A DNA stretch of 51,971 nucleotides from positions 1-51,971 of IMG/VR virus record IMGVR_UViG_3300023274_000005; one strand, 5' to 3'. Numbering within the stretch: position 1 is the stretch's first letter; the number at the start of each line of letters is the position of its first letter. The position numbers and the translations under genes are program-made. Of this stretch, positions 1 to 9,269 are shown in pieces. Origin of the DNA: a virus (Duplodnaviria; Caudoviricetes). The notes beneath the pieces were generated by a model, which saw nothing but the letters and a program-made list of their open reading frames with translations, made no database searches and had not been told where the DNA came from.

Positions 1-42
1 TTTTTTTTGTTATAACTATATTATAATGGGGATCTTGAGAGA

Positions 43-65
43 GTGGGGGACCGGTACGTTGGAAG
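43..65. repeat. Terminal overlap/direct repeat core GTGGGGGACCGGTACGTTGGAAG (left copy)
   Basis: Identical 23-mer at 51936-51958; flanks 1-78 and ~51894-51971 also align, with T/A-biased mismatches. Confidence 0.85.
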
Positions 66-127
66 TACAGAAGTGGGCGGAAAACATGTGTTACCGTGTG
101 TAAGATGATGGCGAGGTCACATGTCCG

Positions 128-157
128 TTGTGTCCCCGCGAGTAACCGATATATAAT
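128..157 (+). promoter_or_regulatory. Sigma70/HrdB-like promoter for packaging genes
   Basis: TTGTGT-N18-TATAAT, then GGGAGG RBS and ATG at 177. Confidence 0.6.
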
Positions 158-176
158 AGGCGTAGGGAGGTACACT

Positions 177-542
177 ATGGGCTGGGATCCGGATGACGGC
201 GAGGTTGAGCGGCTGCGTTCGCAGGACCGTGCCTGGGTGAGCGACGACGACATCAGCGCGCTTCTAATGGAGCGACTCACGGGTGCAAAGACCGACGGGG
301 ACTCTGAATCGCCAACGGCGCAGGCGCGTCGCATGATTCAGGAGGCTTCTCCGATGGCCGCTGCGTCCCTTGTGCGACTAGCCCAACACTCAGAGCACGA
401 CAGCATCAGGATGAGGGCTGCGCTGGAGATCCTCAACCGCGCCGAAGCCATGGGCGCGACCGTGGATGGCAAGGAGCCCTGGGCGGAGCTGATCGACACG
501 ACCTCCGTCGAGGCGCACGCCAACAAGGGGGGTGAGAAGTAA
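177..542 (+). CDS. terS: Terminase small subunit (probable)
   Basis: First gene, upstream of terL; helical 'AAASLVRLAQHSEHDSIRMRAALEILNRA' segment; strong RBS. Confidence 0.6.
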   Translation: MGWDPDDGEVERLRSQDRAWVSDDDISALLMERLTGAKTDGDSESPTAQARRMIQEASPMAAASLVRLAQHSEHDSIRMRAALEILNRAEAMGATVDGKEPWAELIDTTSVEAHANKGGEK

Positions 543-670
543 TGCCGGTAGACAAGGTATTCCTGGTCATCGCAGTGGTTCTGTTCCTGGTTTCGGCCTT
601 CTGGAACCCGCCACGTGTTTCCCTGATCAGCCTGGGTCTGGCTTCGCTGGCTCTGGCATTCCTGCTGTAA
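542..670 (+). CDS. Small two-TM membrane protein (42 aa, below the ORF-track cutoff)
   Basis: MPVDKVFLVIAVVLFLVSAFWNPPRVSLISLGLASLALAFLL*; ATG overlaps terS stop (TAATG). Confidence 0.65.
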   Translation: MPVDKVFLVIAVVLFLVSAFWNPPRVSLISLGLASLALAFLL

Positions 671-758
671 CCACTTCTCGCTGACCACCTACGGCAAAAG
701 GCCGAACCAGCGAACAGCACACGCACAAGCGCCAACAGGAGCGCAAAGAAACCCCAGG

Positions 759-798
759 CGTGTGGAGTTTGGAAGGCGGCTCGAGCGGTTAGTTTAAC
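759..798 (+). repeat. Dispersed element, arm+core copy
   Basis: CGTGTGGAGTTT-N21-GTTTAAC directly before the RBS of gene 815. Confidence 0.75.
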
Positions 799-814
799 AC
801 GGTAGGGAGCCGCA

Positions 815-1018
815 GTGACGGTCACGCATTTCAAGATCAGGTTCCTGACTATTATATTAGGCGTCTGGGGGATTGTTGTCGCAGCCGCCTTGTATAAGTA
901 CCTTTTCCGCGACGGGCCGCTTCCCGATCCAGTACTGCTAGGTATACCTACGGGGGCTTGGCTAGTGGTGTTCCCGCCATTGCCCAGACCGAGGGAAGAG
1001 GCAAATGCAGAGGCTTAG
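815..1018 (+). CDS. Two-TM membrane protein
   Basis: Two hydrophobic stretches; GGGAG RBS. Confidence 0.65.
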   Translation: MTVTHFKIRFLTIILGVWGIVVAAALYKYLFRDGPLPDPVLLGIPTGAWLVVFPPLPRPREEANAEA

Positions 1019-1208
1019 TTACCTAGAGCAAGTGGCGTTCTCCATTGTGACCATTGGCGGAACGGGGTGGTTCTTGGGTACGGTAATTGAGCTGGTGAGA
1101 AGGAAGGTGACGCGTGCGAACACTAAGCCCCCAGTGGCGCTCGGTCCTGATCGGGTCGTGGGTCATGATTCTCGTCCTAAGCATAGGCTTCCTCATCCTC
1201 TACGTTGA
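1005..1208 (+). CDS. Small membrane protein
   Basis: N-terminal TM segment, RBS GGAAGAGG; 3' part overlaps the next gene. Confidence 0.5.
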   Translation: MQRLSYLEQVAFSIVTIGGTGWFLGTVIELVRRKVTRANTKPPVALGPDRVVGHDSRPKHRLPHPLR

Positions 1209-1452
1209 CAACAAGCGGACGCGCGAGTGCATGGCAACGTACATGCGTAAGGATGCAGCGGCTACGGCTCCGCGCCTTCAGGCAGCCGCTGAAAGGAACG
1301 CTGCCATGGACAAGCTCGTGGCGACAATGCTGACGGTCAAGACGGGTGCTGAGACGCGTAGGGCGTTGGAGGAGTACGACGCGACTACGGAGGCGGCTGA
1401 GACGAAGCGCCTAGCTAGCCCGCCGCCACCATTCCCGGAGGGATGTGCCTGA
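1114..1452 (+). CDS. Single-TM protein with coiled coil (possible lysis accessory)
   Basis: TM VLIGSWVMILVLSIGFLILYV, Ala-rich helix, Pro-rich C-terminus ending in Cys-Ala; RBS AAGGAAGG. Confidence 0.65.
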   Translation: MRTLSPQWRSVLIGSWVMILVLSIGFLILYVDNKRTRECMATYMRKDAAATAPRLQAAAERNAAMDKLVATMLTVKTGAETRRALEEYDATTEAAETKRLASPPPPFPEGCA

Positions 1453-2897
1453 TGGGCAAGGTCATTGACAAGCGCCTGTTCTTCAAGAAGGTGGGCTACG
1501 AGCCCCACCCGAAGCAGTGGCTGTTTCACGACAGCACTGCTCGCTTCAGGGTGCCTGTCTGTGGCCGGCGCTTCGGCAAGTCGCGTATGTCCTCTATGGA
1601 CGAAGCTCCTGGCTTGATGATGCCGAACCGGCGAGGCTGGATCGTGGGTCCGACCTACGATCTGGCCGAGAAGGAGTTTCGGGTTCTCTGGGACTTGTTC
1701 ATCATCCAGCTCGAGTTCGGTCGGAACAAGAAGGTCAAGAAGGCGTATAACAAACGTTCGGGAGACATGTACATTGAGTTTCCCTGGCGCACGCGCGTGG
1801 AATGTCGCTCTGCAGATCACCCCGAGAATCTGGTTGGTGAGAAGCTCGACTTTGCCATCATGTCTGAGGCCGCGAAGCATAAGAAGGATACCTGGGAGCG
1901 ATTCATTCGTCCTGCTCTTGCTGACAAGCGGGGCAATGCCTCATTCCCTACTACGCCTGAAGGCTTCAACTGGCTTCATGGTCTTTGGCAGGTGGGCCGT
2001 GATCCGAACGAGCCCCAGTATGAGTCCTGGCAGTTCCCGTCGTGGGACAATCCATACGTGTACCCACTTGGCCGTCAAGATCCGGAGATCCTCGGTATTG
2101 AGCGAACGACTGCTCACGAGTGGTTCCTTCAGGAATATGGCGCCGACTTCTCGGCGTTCGTAGGTAAGATCTATGGCGAGTGGCAGGAGAACATACATGT
2201 CACAGACGTCAAGTTTAACCCTGCATGGCCGAGCTACGTTGGTTACGACCCTGGCTACACCAACCCATGGGCTTGGGTGTTCTTCCAGATGGACCCTCAA
2301 GACAACGTGTACGTTTGGCGAGAGCACTACGCTCCGTACCTACAGCTCGCTGAGCACATCGCTCTTATGCGAAACCTGCCGGAGCCCGAAGGGTACCACC
2401 TGGATCTCGCCTTCGGTGACGCAGCTGATCCCGAGGCTTGTGTTGCGATCTCCCAGAACTTCGTACCCGCGTTCGCTGAACCGGAAGCTAAGAAGAATTG
2501 GCGAGAGGGTATCGACCTCGTCAAGAGCTTCCTGAAGCTCCAAGACGTTCTTAGCCCCGCTGGGAACTTGGTGGTGACGGATGAACATGGGACGCCTCTT
2601 AAGCGGCCCAAGCTCTTTGTTGATCATTCGTGCAAGAACCTCATCTTCGAATTCAACAACTATCGTGCTCCGGACACTCGCCCGGAACAAAACGTGCGGG
2701 AGCAGGCGAAGAAGCACGCTGATCATGCATTGGACGCACTCCGATACGGACTGATGCATATCGTCAAGCTCGGCTGCAATTCGCGACTCACCGACCTTTA
2801 CCAGGGTCTGAACGACCCTAACGAGAGTCGATTCGGTGACATGCTGGAACCTTCTGGTGATGGTGGGTTCTTCGACTGGGACAGTTTGGAGTTCTGA
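1452..2897 (+). CDS. terL: Terminase large subunit
   Basis: Walker A CGRRFGKS, VGPTY, Walker B AIMSEAA, TTPEGFNW, nuclease GYDPG and DHALDALRY. Confidence 0.97.
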   Translation: MGKVIDKRLFFKKVGYEPHPKQWLFHDSTARFRVPVCGRRFGKSRMSSMDEAPGLMMPNRRGWIVGPTYDLAEKEFRVLWDLFIIQLEFGRNKKVKKAYNKRSGDMYIEFPWRTRVECRSADHPENLVGEKLDFAIMSEAAKHKKDTWERFIRPALADKRGNASFPTTPEGFNWLHGLWQVGRDPNEPQYESWQFPSWDNPYVYPLGRQDPEILGIERTTAHEWFLQEYGADFSAFVGKIYGEWQENIHVTDVKFNPAWPSYVGYDPGYTNPWAWVFFQMDPQDNVYVWREHYAPYLQLAEHIALMRNLPEPEGYHLDLAFGDAADPEACVAISQNFVPAFAEPEAKKNWREGIDLVKSFLKLQDVLSPAGNLVVTDEHGTPLKRPKLFVDHSCKNLIFEFNNYRAPDTRPEQNVREQAKKHADHALDALRYGLMHIVKLGCNSRLTDLYQGLNDPNESRFGDMLEPSGDGGFFDWDSLEF

Positions 2898-4411
2898 TGG
2901 CAGAAAAGGAAGACCCGGGCTCCGTCGCACTGTCGGAGGTCTTGGAATCGCACGCAGTCGTCGACGCCTACCCCAGCGCCGACGGCTCCTTCATGGTCGT
3001 GGCATCGAAGACGGACGAGAGCAAGCAGCTCGTGGAGGTGATCGATGTTGGTCCGGAGATCGGGTATTCGTCCCCTTCTCCGTGGACCTCCTGGACGCGT
3101 GAGGAGTGGAACCCGAAGCTCCGTGACAAGCTCGGCGTTACGGAATACTACCGCATGAAGCGTCTCGATGGCATCGTGCGAGGCTCTCTGCGTGTGTTCA
3201 AGACGCCTGTGATGTCGGCACGCTGGTTCATCAAGCCTGGCGGAGAGTCCAAGGCGGATATCAACGCTGCTGAGTGGCTCGAGGACAACATTCGCAATCG
3301 GATGAATGTCTCGTGGTCGCGGACGCTGGAAGACATCCTGCTCATGTGCGAGTACGGCTACATGTGCATGGAGAAGGTGTACCAGCTCGACTCGGACGGC
3401 CGGGTCTCCTTGCGTAAGCTGGCTCCGCGTCATCCTGCGGACATCCAGAAGTTCGAGTATGACGAGAATGGTGGCCCTGCCGGCATCGTCATGGAGCCAC
3501 TGTCGATCAACACCGCGTCTGCTTCGGACTACACGAGTGTGTCTGTTGACACCCAAGGCATCAGGATCCCCATCAGCAAGCTGGTGATCTACAGCCTCGA
3601 GGCCGAGGCAGGCGACCTCCAAGGCATCTCGATCCTGCGCTCCGCGTACAAGCACTACAAGTACAAGGACACGCTGTACAAGATCGACGCCATCCAGAAG
3701 GAGCGTCACGGCATCGGCGTTCCGATCATCAAGATGCCTCCTGGCTGGACGCGGGAGGATAAGATTCTGGCTGAGCGAATCGGCCGCAACCTGCGAACGA
3801 ACGAGCGTGCGCATATCACACTGCCTCCGCAGTGGGAGATCATGTTTGCCAAGCTCGAGGGCCAGCCGGTCGATTGCATGAAGTCGATCGAGCACCACAA
3901 CAACATGATCATGGTCAACGTGCTGGCCCCGTTCCTGACGGAGGTCAACACGAGCAAGGAGGGTCTGGAAACCTTCTACAAGGCTACCAGATACGTAGCG
4001 GATACGGTGGCTGAAACCACCACACGCCATGTCTTCGACGACCTGATCAAGATGAACTTCTCACGCGTCAAGACGCCTGAGATGAAGGTCCGTCGGATTG
4101 GAGAATGGGAAGATGCACGTACCCAGTCCTTCACCCTCCGTAACCACGTCGGGGCAGGGCTCATTCTGCCTGACGACGTCCTCGAAGAGCACCTTCGTGA
4201 AGAGAACGACCTCCCGCCCATCGACTGGGAGACTCGACGAGAAATTGAGGCGCCGCAGGATCCGACTACAGAAGACGGTGACGGTCCTGGGAGCGAGACC
4301 AACGCTCCCGGTAGTCCTAAGCCTCCTCGGGTTGGGCCTCCTCGTCAAGCTGCTCCGAAGGCGCAGCCGCCTCGTGGCAACGCGGGCGTAGACCGTTCGG
4401 GAGGTAAGTGA
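2897..4411 (+). CDS. Portal protein (DUF935/Mu gp29-like)
   Basis: Follows terL; GYMCMEKVY, GISILRSAYKHY, ERHGIGVP motifs; 504 aa. Confidence 0.9.
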   Translation: MAEKEDPGSVALSEVLESHAVVDAYPSADGSFMVVASKTDESKQLVEVIDVGPEIGYSSPSPWTSWTREEWNPKLRDKLGVTEYYRMKRLDGIVRGSLRVFKTPVMSARWFIKPGGESKADINAAEWLEDNIRNRMNVSWSRTLEDILLMCEYGYMCMEKVYQLDSDGRVSLRKLAPRHPADIQKFEYDENGGPAGIVMEPLSINTASASDYTSVSVDTQGIRIPISKLVIYSLEAEAGDLQGISILRSAYKHYKYKDTLYKIDAIQKERHGIGVPIIKMPPGWTREDKILAERIGRNLRTNERAHITLPPQWEIMFAKLEGQPVDCMKSIEHHNNMIMVNVLAPFLTEVNTSKEGLETFYKATRYVADTVAETTTRHVFDDLIKMNFSRVKTPEMKVRRIGEWEDARTQSFTLRNHVGAGLILPDDVLEEHLREENDLPPIDWETRREIEAPQDPTTEDGDGPGSETNAPGSPKPPRVGPPRQAAPKAQPPRGNAGVDRSGGK

Positions 4412-5622
4412 TGGCTGCTCCTGCGACGGTAACCGTTACTGGTGACTTTAACCCTGAGTTGAAGGTGCGCGAGGTTCAGTTCTTCATTCCTACTCTGATT
4501 CGCCACAACGCAGGGCCGTCGATCGTCCCTCGAATGACGATCGTGGCTGAGGTGTCGGAGGTCGATGGTACCTTCACAGTTCCGCTGTATGGTACCAACG
4601 ATCCTGACTGGAGTCCTGCGAACTGGAACTACAGAGTACGTATCCTTGGGGATAACATCACCGAGGAGTTCTTCGCGCAGGTGCCATACGATGCAGGCAC
4701 GCTGAACTTCTCAGCGCTGCTGCCTGCACAGTCAGCTTCCCTGGGGACTCTCTATGCAGCATTCAACCATACGCACGATGGAGGAGGTAGCGGAGGATCT
4801 GGCCCTTCTCCTGCCACAAGCGTACAGGCAGCTACTTCCTACGGAGTCGCCTCTTCCGTCGGCGCAGCAACGACTTATGCGCGAGGCGACCATCAACATG
4901 GAACGCCTTCGCTTGGAACGACAGGTACGACGGCGGCTGCGGGAAATCACAACCACTCGGGCACTTATGATCCCGCAGGCACGGCAGCGTCTGCTGTAGC
5001 TGCACATGTTGCAGCAGGCGACCCTCACGTGCAGTACCAGTTGGAGTCGACTCTTACTGAAGTAGTTCAGGACATCGTAGGCGCCATGCTCGTTGCGGGC
5101 GCCAACGCTACGGTGAGCTACGACGACAATGCTGGCACTGTCACCATCTCCGCTAGTGGCGGTGGCGGTGGAGGAGCTGTTGCTACGTTTGCACGCAATC
5201 GCATAAGCTCGGGCAGCTTCACTACGACGAGCGATGCCAGCTTCACCGTTGTGCCGGGCCTGACGATGTCGATTGCAGCAGTGGCAGGCGACAATGTGAC
5301 GCTGAGTGTTGAGTGCCTACTCGACATGACCTCTAGCGCTACAGAGTTCTTCGATGCAGTCGTTCTGGTAGGTGGATCGGCTGTCCGCTACTCGTCGACG
5401 GGTACCAACACCCCCGCAACTGAGGGTGACCCTTCTCTGTACCCGAATAACAACGTACGCTTCTTCCGCACGACGTTCCAGTGGAACCTAGCGGTAGCCG
5501 GCGGTGACCTATCCGGAGGTAACGTCACCTTCGCATTTGCACACAAGGGTGCAGGTGCCGCGATCATCCTGGCAAATGCCAACTACCCGTTCCGATGGAC
5601 TATCCGGAACGATCACCAATAG
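4411..5622 (+). CDS. Virion fibre-like protein (head or tail fibre)
   Basis: Gly/Ala/Thr-rich with HxH repeats (HTH, HQH, HNH), DPHVQY motif, beta-rich C-terminal domain. Confidence 0.6.
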   Translation: MAAPATVTVTGDFNPELKVREVQFFIPTLIRHNAGPSIVPRMTIVAEVSEVDGTFTVPLYGTNDPDWSPANWNYRVRILGDNITEEFFAQVPYDAGTLNFSALLPAQSASLGTLYAAFNHTHDGGGSGGSGPSPATSVQAATSYGVASSVGAATTYARGDHQHGTPSLGTTGTTAAAGNHNHSGTYDPAGTAASAVAAHVAAGDPHVQYQLESTLTEVVQDIVGAMLVAGANATVSYDDNAGTVTISASGGGGGGAVATFARNRISSGSFTTTSDASFTVVPGLTMSIAAVAGDNVTLSVECLLDMTSSATEFFDAVVLVGGSAVRYSSTGTNTPATEGDPSLYPNNNVRFFRTTFQWNLAVAGGDLSGGNVTFAFAHKGAGAAIILANANYPFRWTIRNDHQ

Positions 5623-5628
5623 GATACG

Positions 5629-5658
5629 TTGATTTTTCCTAGGGTCCCACTATATAAT
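5629..5658 (+). promoter_or_regulatory. Sigma70-like promoter for capsid operon
   Basis: TTGATT-N18-TATAAT upstream of GGAGG RBS. Confidence 0.7.
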
Positions 5659-5689
5659 AAGGTCAGCCGAGTCAGGGCGGGGAGGTGAA

Positions 5690-6952
5690 ATGGCACGCTT
5701 CGGGTACTATGCAGATCTTCGAGGCACTCAGTTCAGTGAGGCCAACAAGTCGTGGATCTGTGCGATGCGAGTGGGTGAGTACAAGCACCCGACGTACGGC
5801 AAGATCAGCTTCACCGCCGATCGGCTGAAGCGCTTTGCCGATAGCGTCAAGAACAAGGTCCGTGGCATTGCCTTGGACATCGACTACGATCACAAGGCCG
5901 ACCCTACGAAGGGGAACGAGGCTGCGGGCTGGGTCGAGGACGCGAAGGTCGAAGGGGACAGTCTTCAGCTGTTGGTCGACTGGACGGCACCAGCCGTGCA
6001 GAAGATCAAGGAGAAGGCATACCGCTACTTCAGTCCGGAGTTCCAGGACGAGTGGACGGATTCCGACGGTGTTGTCCACCGGGACGTGCTCTTCGGTGGT
6101 GGCATTACGAACAGGCCCTTCCTGAAGGACCTGCTTCCGGTCAACCTGAGCGAGCTCACGTTCGCCGAACAGAAGAAGGAAAGGAAGGGTATGGACATCA
6201 AGGAGCTTCGCCAGCTCTACGGTCTGCCGGAAGACGGTTCCCAGGACGACCAGATCGTCACGCGGGCCAAGTCGGATCGTGAGGCGGCCACCAACAAGAG
6301 CCAGCCGGTGGACCGTACGGCCACCACTCACGCACCGAACACCGGTGCGACGACCAACCCGCAGGGCACGCTGGACGGCTTGCCGTTCGACGCGACCACG
6401 GCGACGCAGGTCGACAACAAGGGCAACATGGTCACGCCGGGCGAGGTCGAGCTCTCCGAGCTGGCCAAGACCAACCCGGCGCTGGCGATCATGCTGCGGG
6501 AGCAGATCAAGACCAACCAGGCCATGCAGAAGCAGCTCGCCGAGCTGTCGCAGAGCAACAAGCTCAACAGCATCAAGGTCAAGCTCAACGAGTACCGCAG
6601 TGGCGACCACGTCGTCGCGCCGGCGATCCTCGACGAGGCGACCAAGGCGCTGACGGCCCTGCCCGAGAGCATGCACGCCCCGATCCACGCGATGCTGGCG
6701 GAGGTGCAGAAGCTCGGCGGAAACGCGTCCGTCAAGCTCGGCGAGAGTGGTGCCACCGGGCAGCAGTCCCGTCGCACCGACGGCAAGTCCGCCTTCCAGC
6801 TGGCCGAGGAGCGAATCGGTGCGCTGCGCAAGCAGTTCTCGGAGTCGGGCAAGGGCGAACTGTCCTACGCCGACGCGATGACGCAGGTCTTCGAAGAGGA
6901 CCACGAGCTCTTCGCCGCGTACCAGACCGAGTCCTACAGCTTCCAGGCCTGA
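5690..6952 (+). CDS. Capsid maturation protease/scaffold (Mu gpI-like)
   Basis: IDYDH, AAGWV, YRYFSPEF, GITNRPFL protease motifs plus a helical scaffold C-terminus. Confidence 0.9.
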   Translation: MARFGYYADLRGTQFSEANKSWICAMRVGEYKHPTYGKISFTADRLKRFADSVKNKVRGIALDIDYDHKADPTKGNEAAGWVEDAKVEGDSLQLLVDWTAPAVQKIKEKAYRYFSPEFQDEWTDSDGVVHRDVLFGGGITNRPFLKDLLPVNLSELTFAEQKKERKGMDIKELRQLYGLPEDGSQDDQIVTRAKSDREAATNKSQPVDRTATTHAPNTGATTNPQGTLDGLPFDATTATQVDNKGNMVTPGEVELSELAKTNPALAIMLREQIKTNQAMQKQLAELSQSNKLNSIKVKLNEYRSGDHVVAPAILDEATKALTALPESMHAPIHAMLAEVQKLGGNASVKLGESGATGQQSRRTDGKSAFQLAEERIGALRKQFSESGKGELSYADAMTQVFEEDHELFAAYQTESYSFQA

Positions 6953-6968
6953 GGGGAGGTAACATAAT

Positions 6969-7391
6969 ATGAGTGGTCCGAACTACGTCCTCGACAAGGG
7001 GTACAACCTCTCCAACTCGAGCGCGGCGCAGAGCATCTACCGCTTCATGAAGCTCGCCGCGGACGAGAACAAGGTCGTCCAGTGCTCCGCCGTCACCGAC
7101 AAGCCGCTCGGCGTTACGCAGCAGCGTATCGACGCGGCCGACTCGGCGACCGGTAACGTACAGGTCCCCGTTCGTATCCTCGGCATCTCCAAGGTCGAGG
7201 TCGGCGCCGCGAATGCCGGCGTCGTCGGTCTCATGGCCTTCGTGGCAACCGATGCCTCAGGGTGTGCCCAGGTCGCAGCCGCGACGCAGTACGCGATGGG
7301 CATCGCGCTCCAGGCATCCACGGCCGCCGGCCAGTGGATCGACGTCCTGCTCCTGCCCTACTGCCGTTCGACGGCAATGGGTACGGCGTAA
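6969..7391 (+). CDS. Capsid decoration/cement protein (DUF2190-like)
   Basis: Between scaffold and capsid genes; GIALQASTAAGQWIDVLL motif. Confidence 0.75.
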   Translation: MSGPNYVLDKGYNLSNSSAAQSIYRFMKLAADENKVVQCSAVTDKPLGVTQQRIDAADSATGNVQVPVRILGISKVEVGAANAGVVGLMAFVATDASGCAQVAAATQYAMGIALQASTAAGQWIDVLLLPYCRSTAMGTA

Positions 7392-7417
7392 CAACTATCT
7401 GAGGAAGGAGGAATACC

Positions 7418-8410
7418 GTGCCGGTTTACAACGCAAACGGTGGCGGCAACGTTCACATCGACAAGATCCTGACTCAGATCAGTATCGCGTGGCCCCAGAA
7501 CGGCTTCGTCGGTGAGGCACTCTTCCCCGCCGTTCCCGTCAACAAGCAGTCGGACATCTACTACGTCTACGGGCGTGAGGCCTGGCTGCCGGAGCGTGGC
7601 GACGAACGTGCGCCGGGTACCGAGGCGAACGAGATCCCGGGCATGCAGGTCTCGACGCAGCCGTACTACTGCAAGGAGCACGCGCTCCAGATCGCGGTGA
7701 CGGACGAGGAGCGGGAGAACGCGGACAGTCCGCTGTCGCCCGACCGAGACGCCACCGAGCTCGTCACGTCCAAGATCATCCTGGGTCGCGAGCTCGGCAT
7801 CCGCAACCTGGCCGTCACGGCGGCCAACTACGCGACCGGCAACAGCGTTACGCTCGCCGGCGTCGACCGTTGGGACTCGGGTGACGCGGCAGGCTCCCAG
7901 CCGATCGCGGACATGAAGCTTGGCATCACCGCGGTGCACGCCAAGCTCTTCATGCGGGTCAACACGGTCATCATGCCCTACCAGGTCATGGCGGCGCTGG
8001 AGGACCACGCGACGCTGCTGGACCGTATCAAGTACTCCGAGCGCGCCATCTTCACGCCGGAGCTGCTGGCGGCCCTCGTCGGCATCGACCGCTGGATCGT
8101 ACCGGGCGTGGGCTACAACACGGCGATCAACTACGGTGCCGCGGAGACGCTCGGCTACGTCTGGGGCGACGACGTGGTGATGGCCTGGGTGCCGCCGCGC
8201 CCGGGCCTCAAGACGCCGGCCTACGGGTACGAGTTCGTCTGGCGCTACCCGGGTGCCGGTGTGCAGGCCACCGACCGCTGGCGGGAGGAGAAGCGGAAGA
8301 GCGACGTCATCCGCGTCTCGCGCCGGTACGACCTCAAGCACACGGCCCTCGACGGGTCGGGCAAGGTCGTCGCCGGCTACCTCATCAAGGACGTCCTCGC
8401 GGCGAGCTAA
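7418..8410 (+). CDS. Major capsid protein
   Basis: 330 aa, position, strong codon bias, HK97/lambda gpE-like motifs (LTQISIAW, LFPAVPV, RAPGTEA). Confidence 0.92.
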   Translation: MPVYNANGGGNVHIDKILTQISIAWPQNGFVGEALFPAVPVNKQSDIYYVYGREAWLPERGDERAPGTEANEIPGMQVSTQPYYCKEHALQIAVTDEERENADSPLSPDRDATELVTSKIILGRELGIRNLAVTAANYATGNSVTLAGVDRWDSGDAAGSQPIADMKLGITAVHAKLFMRVNTVIMPYQVMAALEDHATLLDRIKYSERAIFTPELLAALVGIDRWIVPGVGYNTAINYGAAETLGYVWGDDVVMAWVPPRPGLKTPAYGYEFVWRYPGAGVQATDRWREEKRKSDVIRVSRRYDLKHTALDGSGKVVAGYLIKDVLAAS

Positions 8411-8419
8411 GGAGCCAAC

Positions 8420-8782
8420 ATGGCAAGCAAGACCTGGTACGCCGTGACCAAGATCCAGCACGGCAAGCGCACCGAAGACGGCTCGGCCGAGGGCAAGTAC
8501 AAGCGTACGACCTTCGAGCCGGGTGACAAGGTCACCGGCCTCACCAAGGAAGACATGGTGGGTCTGTACAACGCCGGCGCGATCTCCAGTCGACGTCCGG
8601 AGTGGCTGGACGACGAAGAGGACGAGGTCGAGGTCGAGGAATCTCCGGCCAAGGAGACCCCCTCCGAGGAGGCCCCCTCCGAGACCTCGTCGACTCCTGC
8701 CAAGAAGGCCGTACCGGCGAAGAAGGCCGCGCCGGCCGCGGCGCCTCCCGCTCCGACTTCCTCCGGGTCGAGCGGGAGCTGA
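8420..8782 (+). CDS. Small acidic/low-complexity head-associated protein
   Basis: RBS AAGGAG, high codon bias, follows capsid gene. Confidence 0.7.
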   Translation: MASKTWYAVTKIQHGKRTEDGSAEGKYKRTTFEPGDKVTGLTKEDMVGLYNAGAISSRRPEWLDDEEDEVEVEESPAKETPSEEAPSETSSTPAKKAVPAKKAAPAAAPPAPTSSGSSGS

Positions 8783-8787
8783 GGGGA

Positions 8788-8824
8788 TGGGGCCCATAGG
8801 CTAGTCCGTCGTCTATGGGCCCCA
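8788..8824 (+). terminator. Hairpin (terminator/attenuator) after capsid genes
   Basis: 12-bp inverted repeat TGGGGCCCATAG/CTATGGGCCCCA; no U-tail. Confidence 0.6.
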
Positions 8825-8842
8825 CACAGATAGGAGTAGACA

Positions 8843-9259
8843 ATGCCACTGATCACTCTCCAGGAAGCTTCTGCCTGGGGCGAGAAGTCTAAGCTGGCAC
8901 CTGCTCTTGTCGAGCTCGATCTCGATCTGCTGGCACAGATTGAGGTAGAGGTACTTGGTCGTATCGCAGCAGTAGCAGATACGGTCACTTGGGTAGACTC
9001 GTCATCGGCGCCGAGTCTAGTCAAGACGATCATTGCCAAGTACTACGTGGCGTGGCTGATCGACAGGCAGTACTCCGAAGACGAGGAACTGTCAGCATAT
9101 GCAACGCTCCTGCGTACATCGGCACTGCGCTTGCAAGAGGCTATCCTGAGCTCGGAGATTGACATTCCGGGCGCTACTGTCAACTCGGACGGACTTCCCA
9201 GCATCTGGCCGATCGACGATGACCCGTACTTTACCATGGCCGAAGGCCCAGCACGCTGA
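8843..9259 (+). CDS. Head-tail adaptor (Mu gp36-like)
   Basis: Position and size; helical 'PSLVKTIIAKYYVAWL'. Confidence 0.65.
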   Translation: MPLITLQEASAWGEKSKLAPALVELDLDLLAQIEVEVLGRIAAVADTVTWVDSSSAPSLVKTIIAKYYVAWLIDRQYSEDEELSAYATLLRTSALRLQEAILSSEIDIPGATVNSDGLPSIWPIDDDPYFTMAEGPAR

Positions 9260-9269
9260 GGAGGGGATA

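Noticed and set aside
130-148. GTGTCCCCGCG…AACCG resembling a type I-E CRISPR repeat
   Set aside because: Single, truncated, lacks the palindromic partner, and lies in a promoter spacer; no array or cas operon.
2213-2219. GTTTAAC core inside terL as another element copy
   Set aside because: No arm sequence 19-22 nt away on either side.
2798-8797. Long minus-strand ORFs (2798-4030, 5672-6904, 7358-8797; likewise 20666-21955)
   Set aside because: Antisense shadows of high-GC3 genes with no recognisable motifs.
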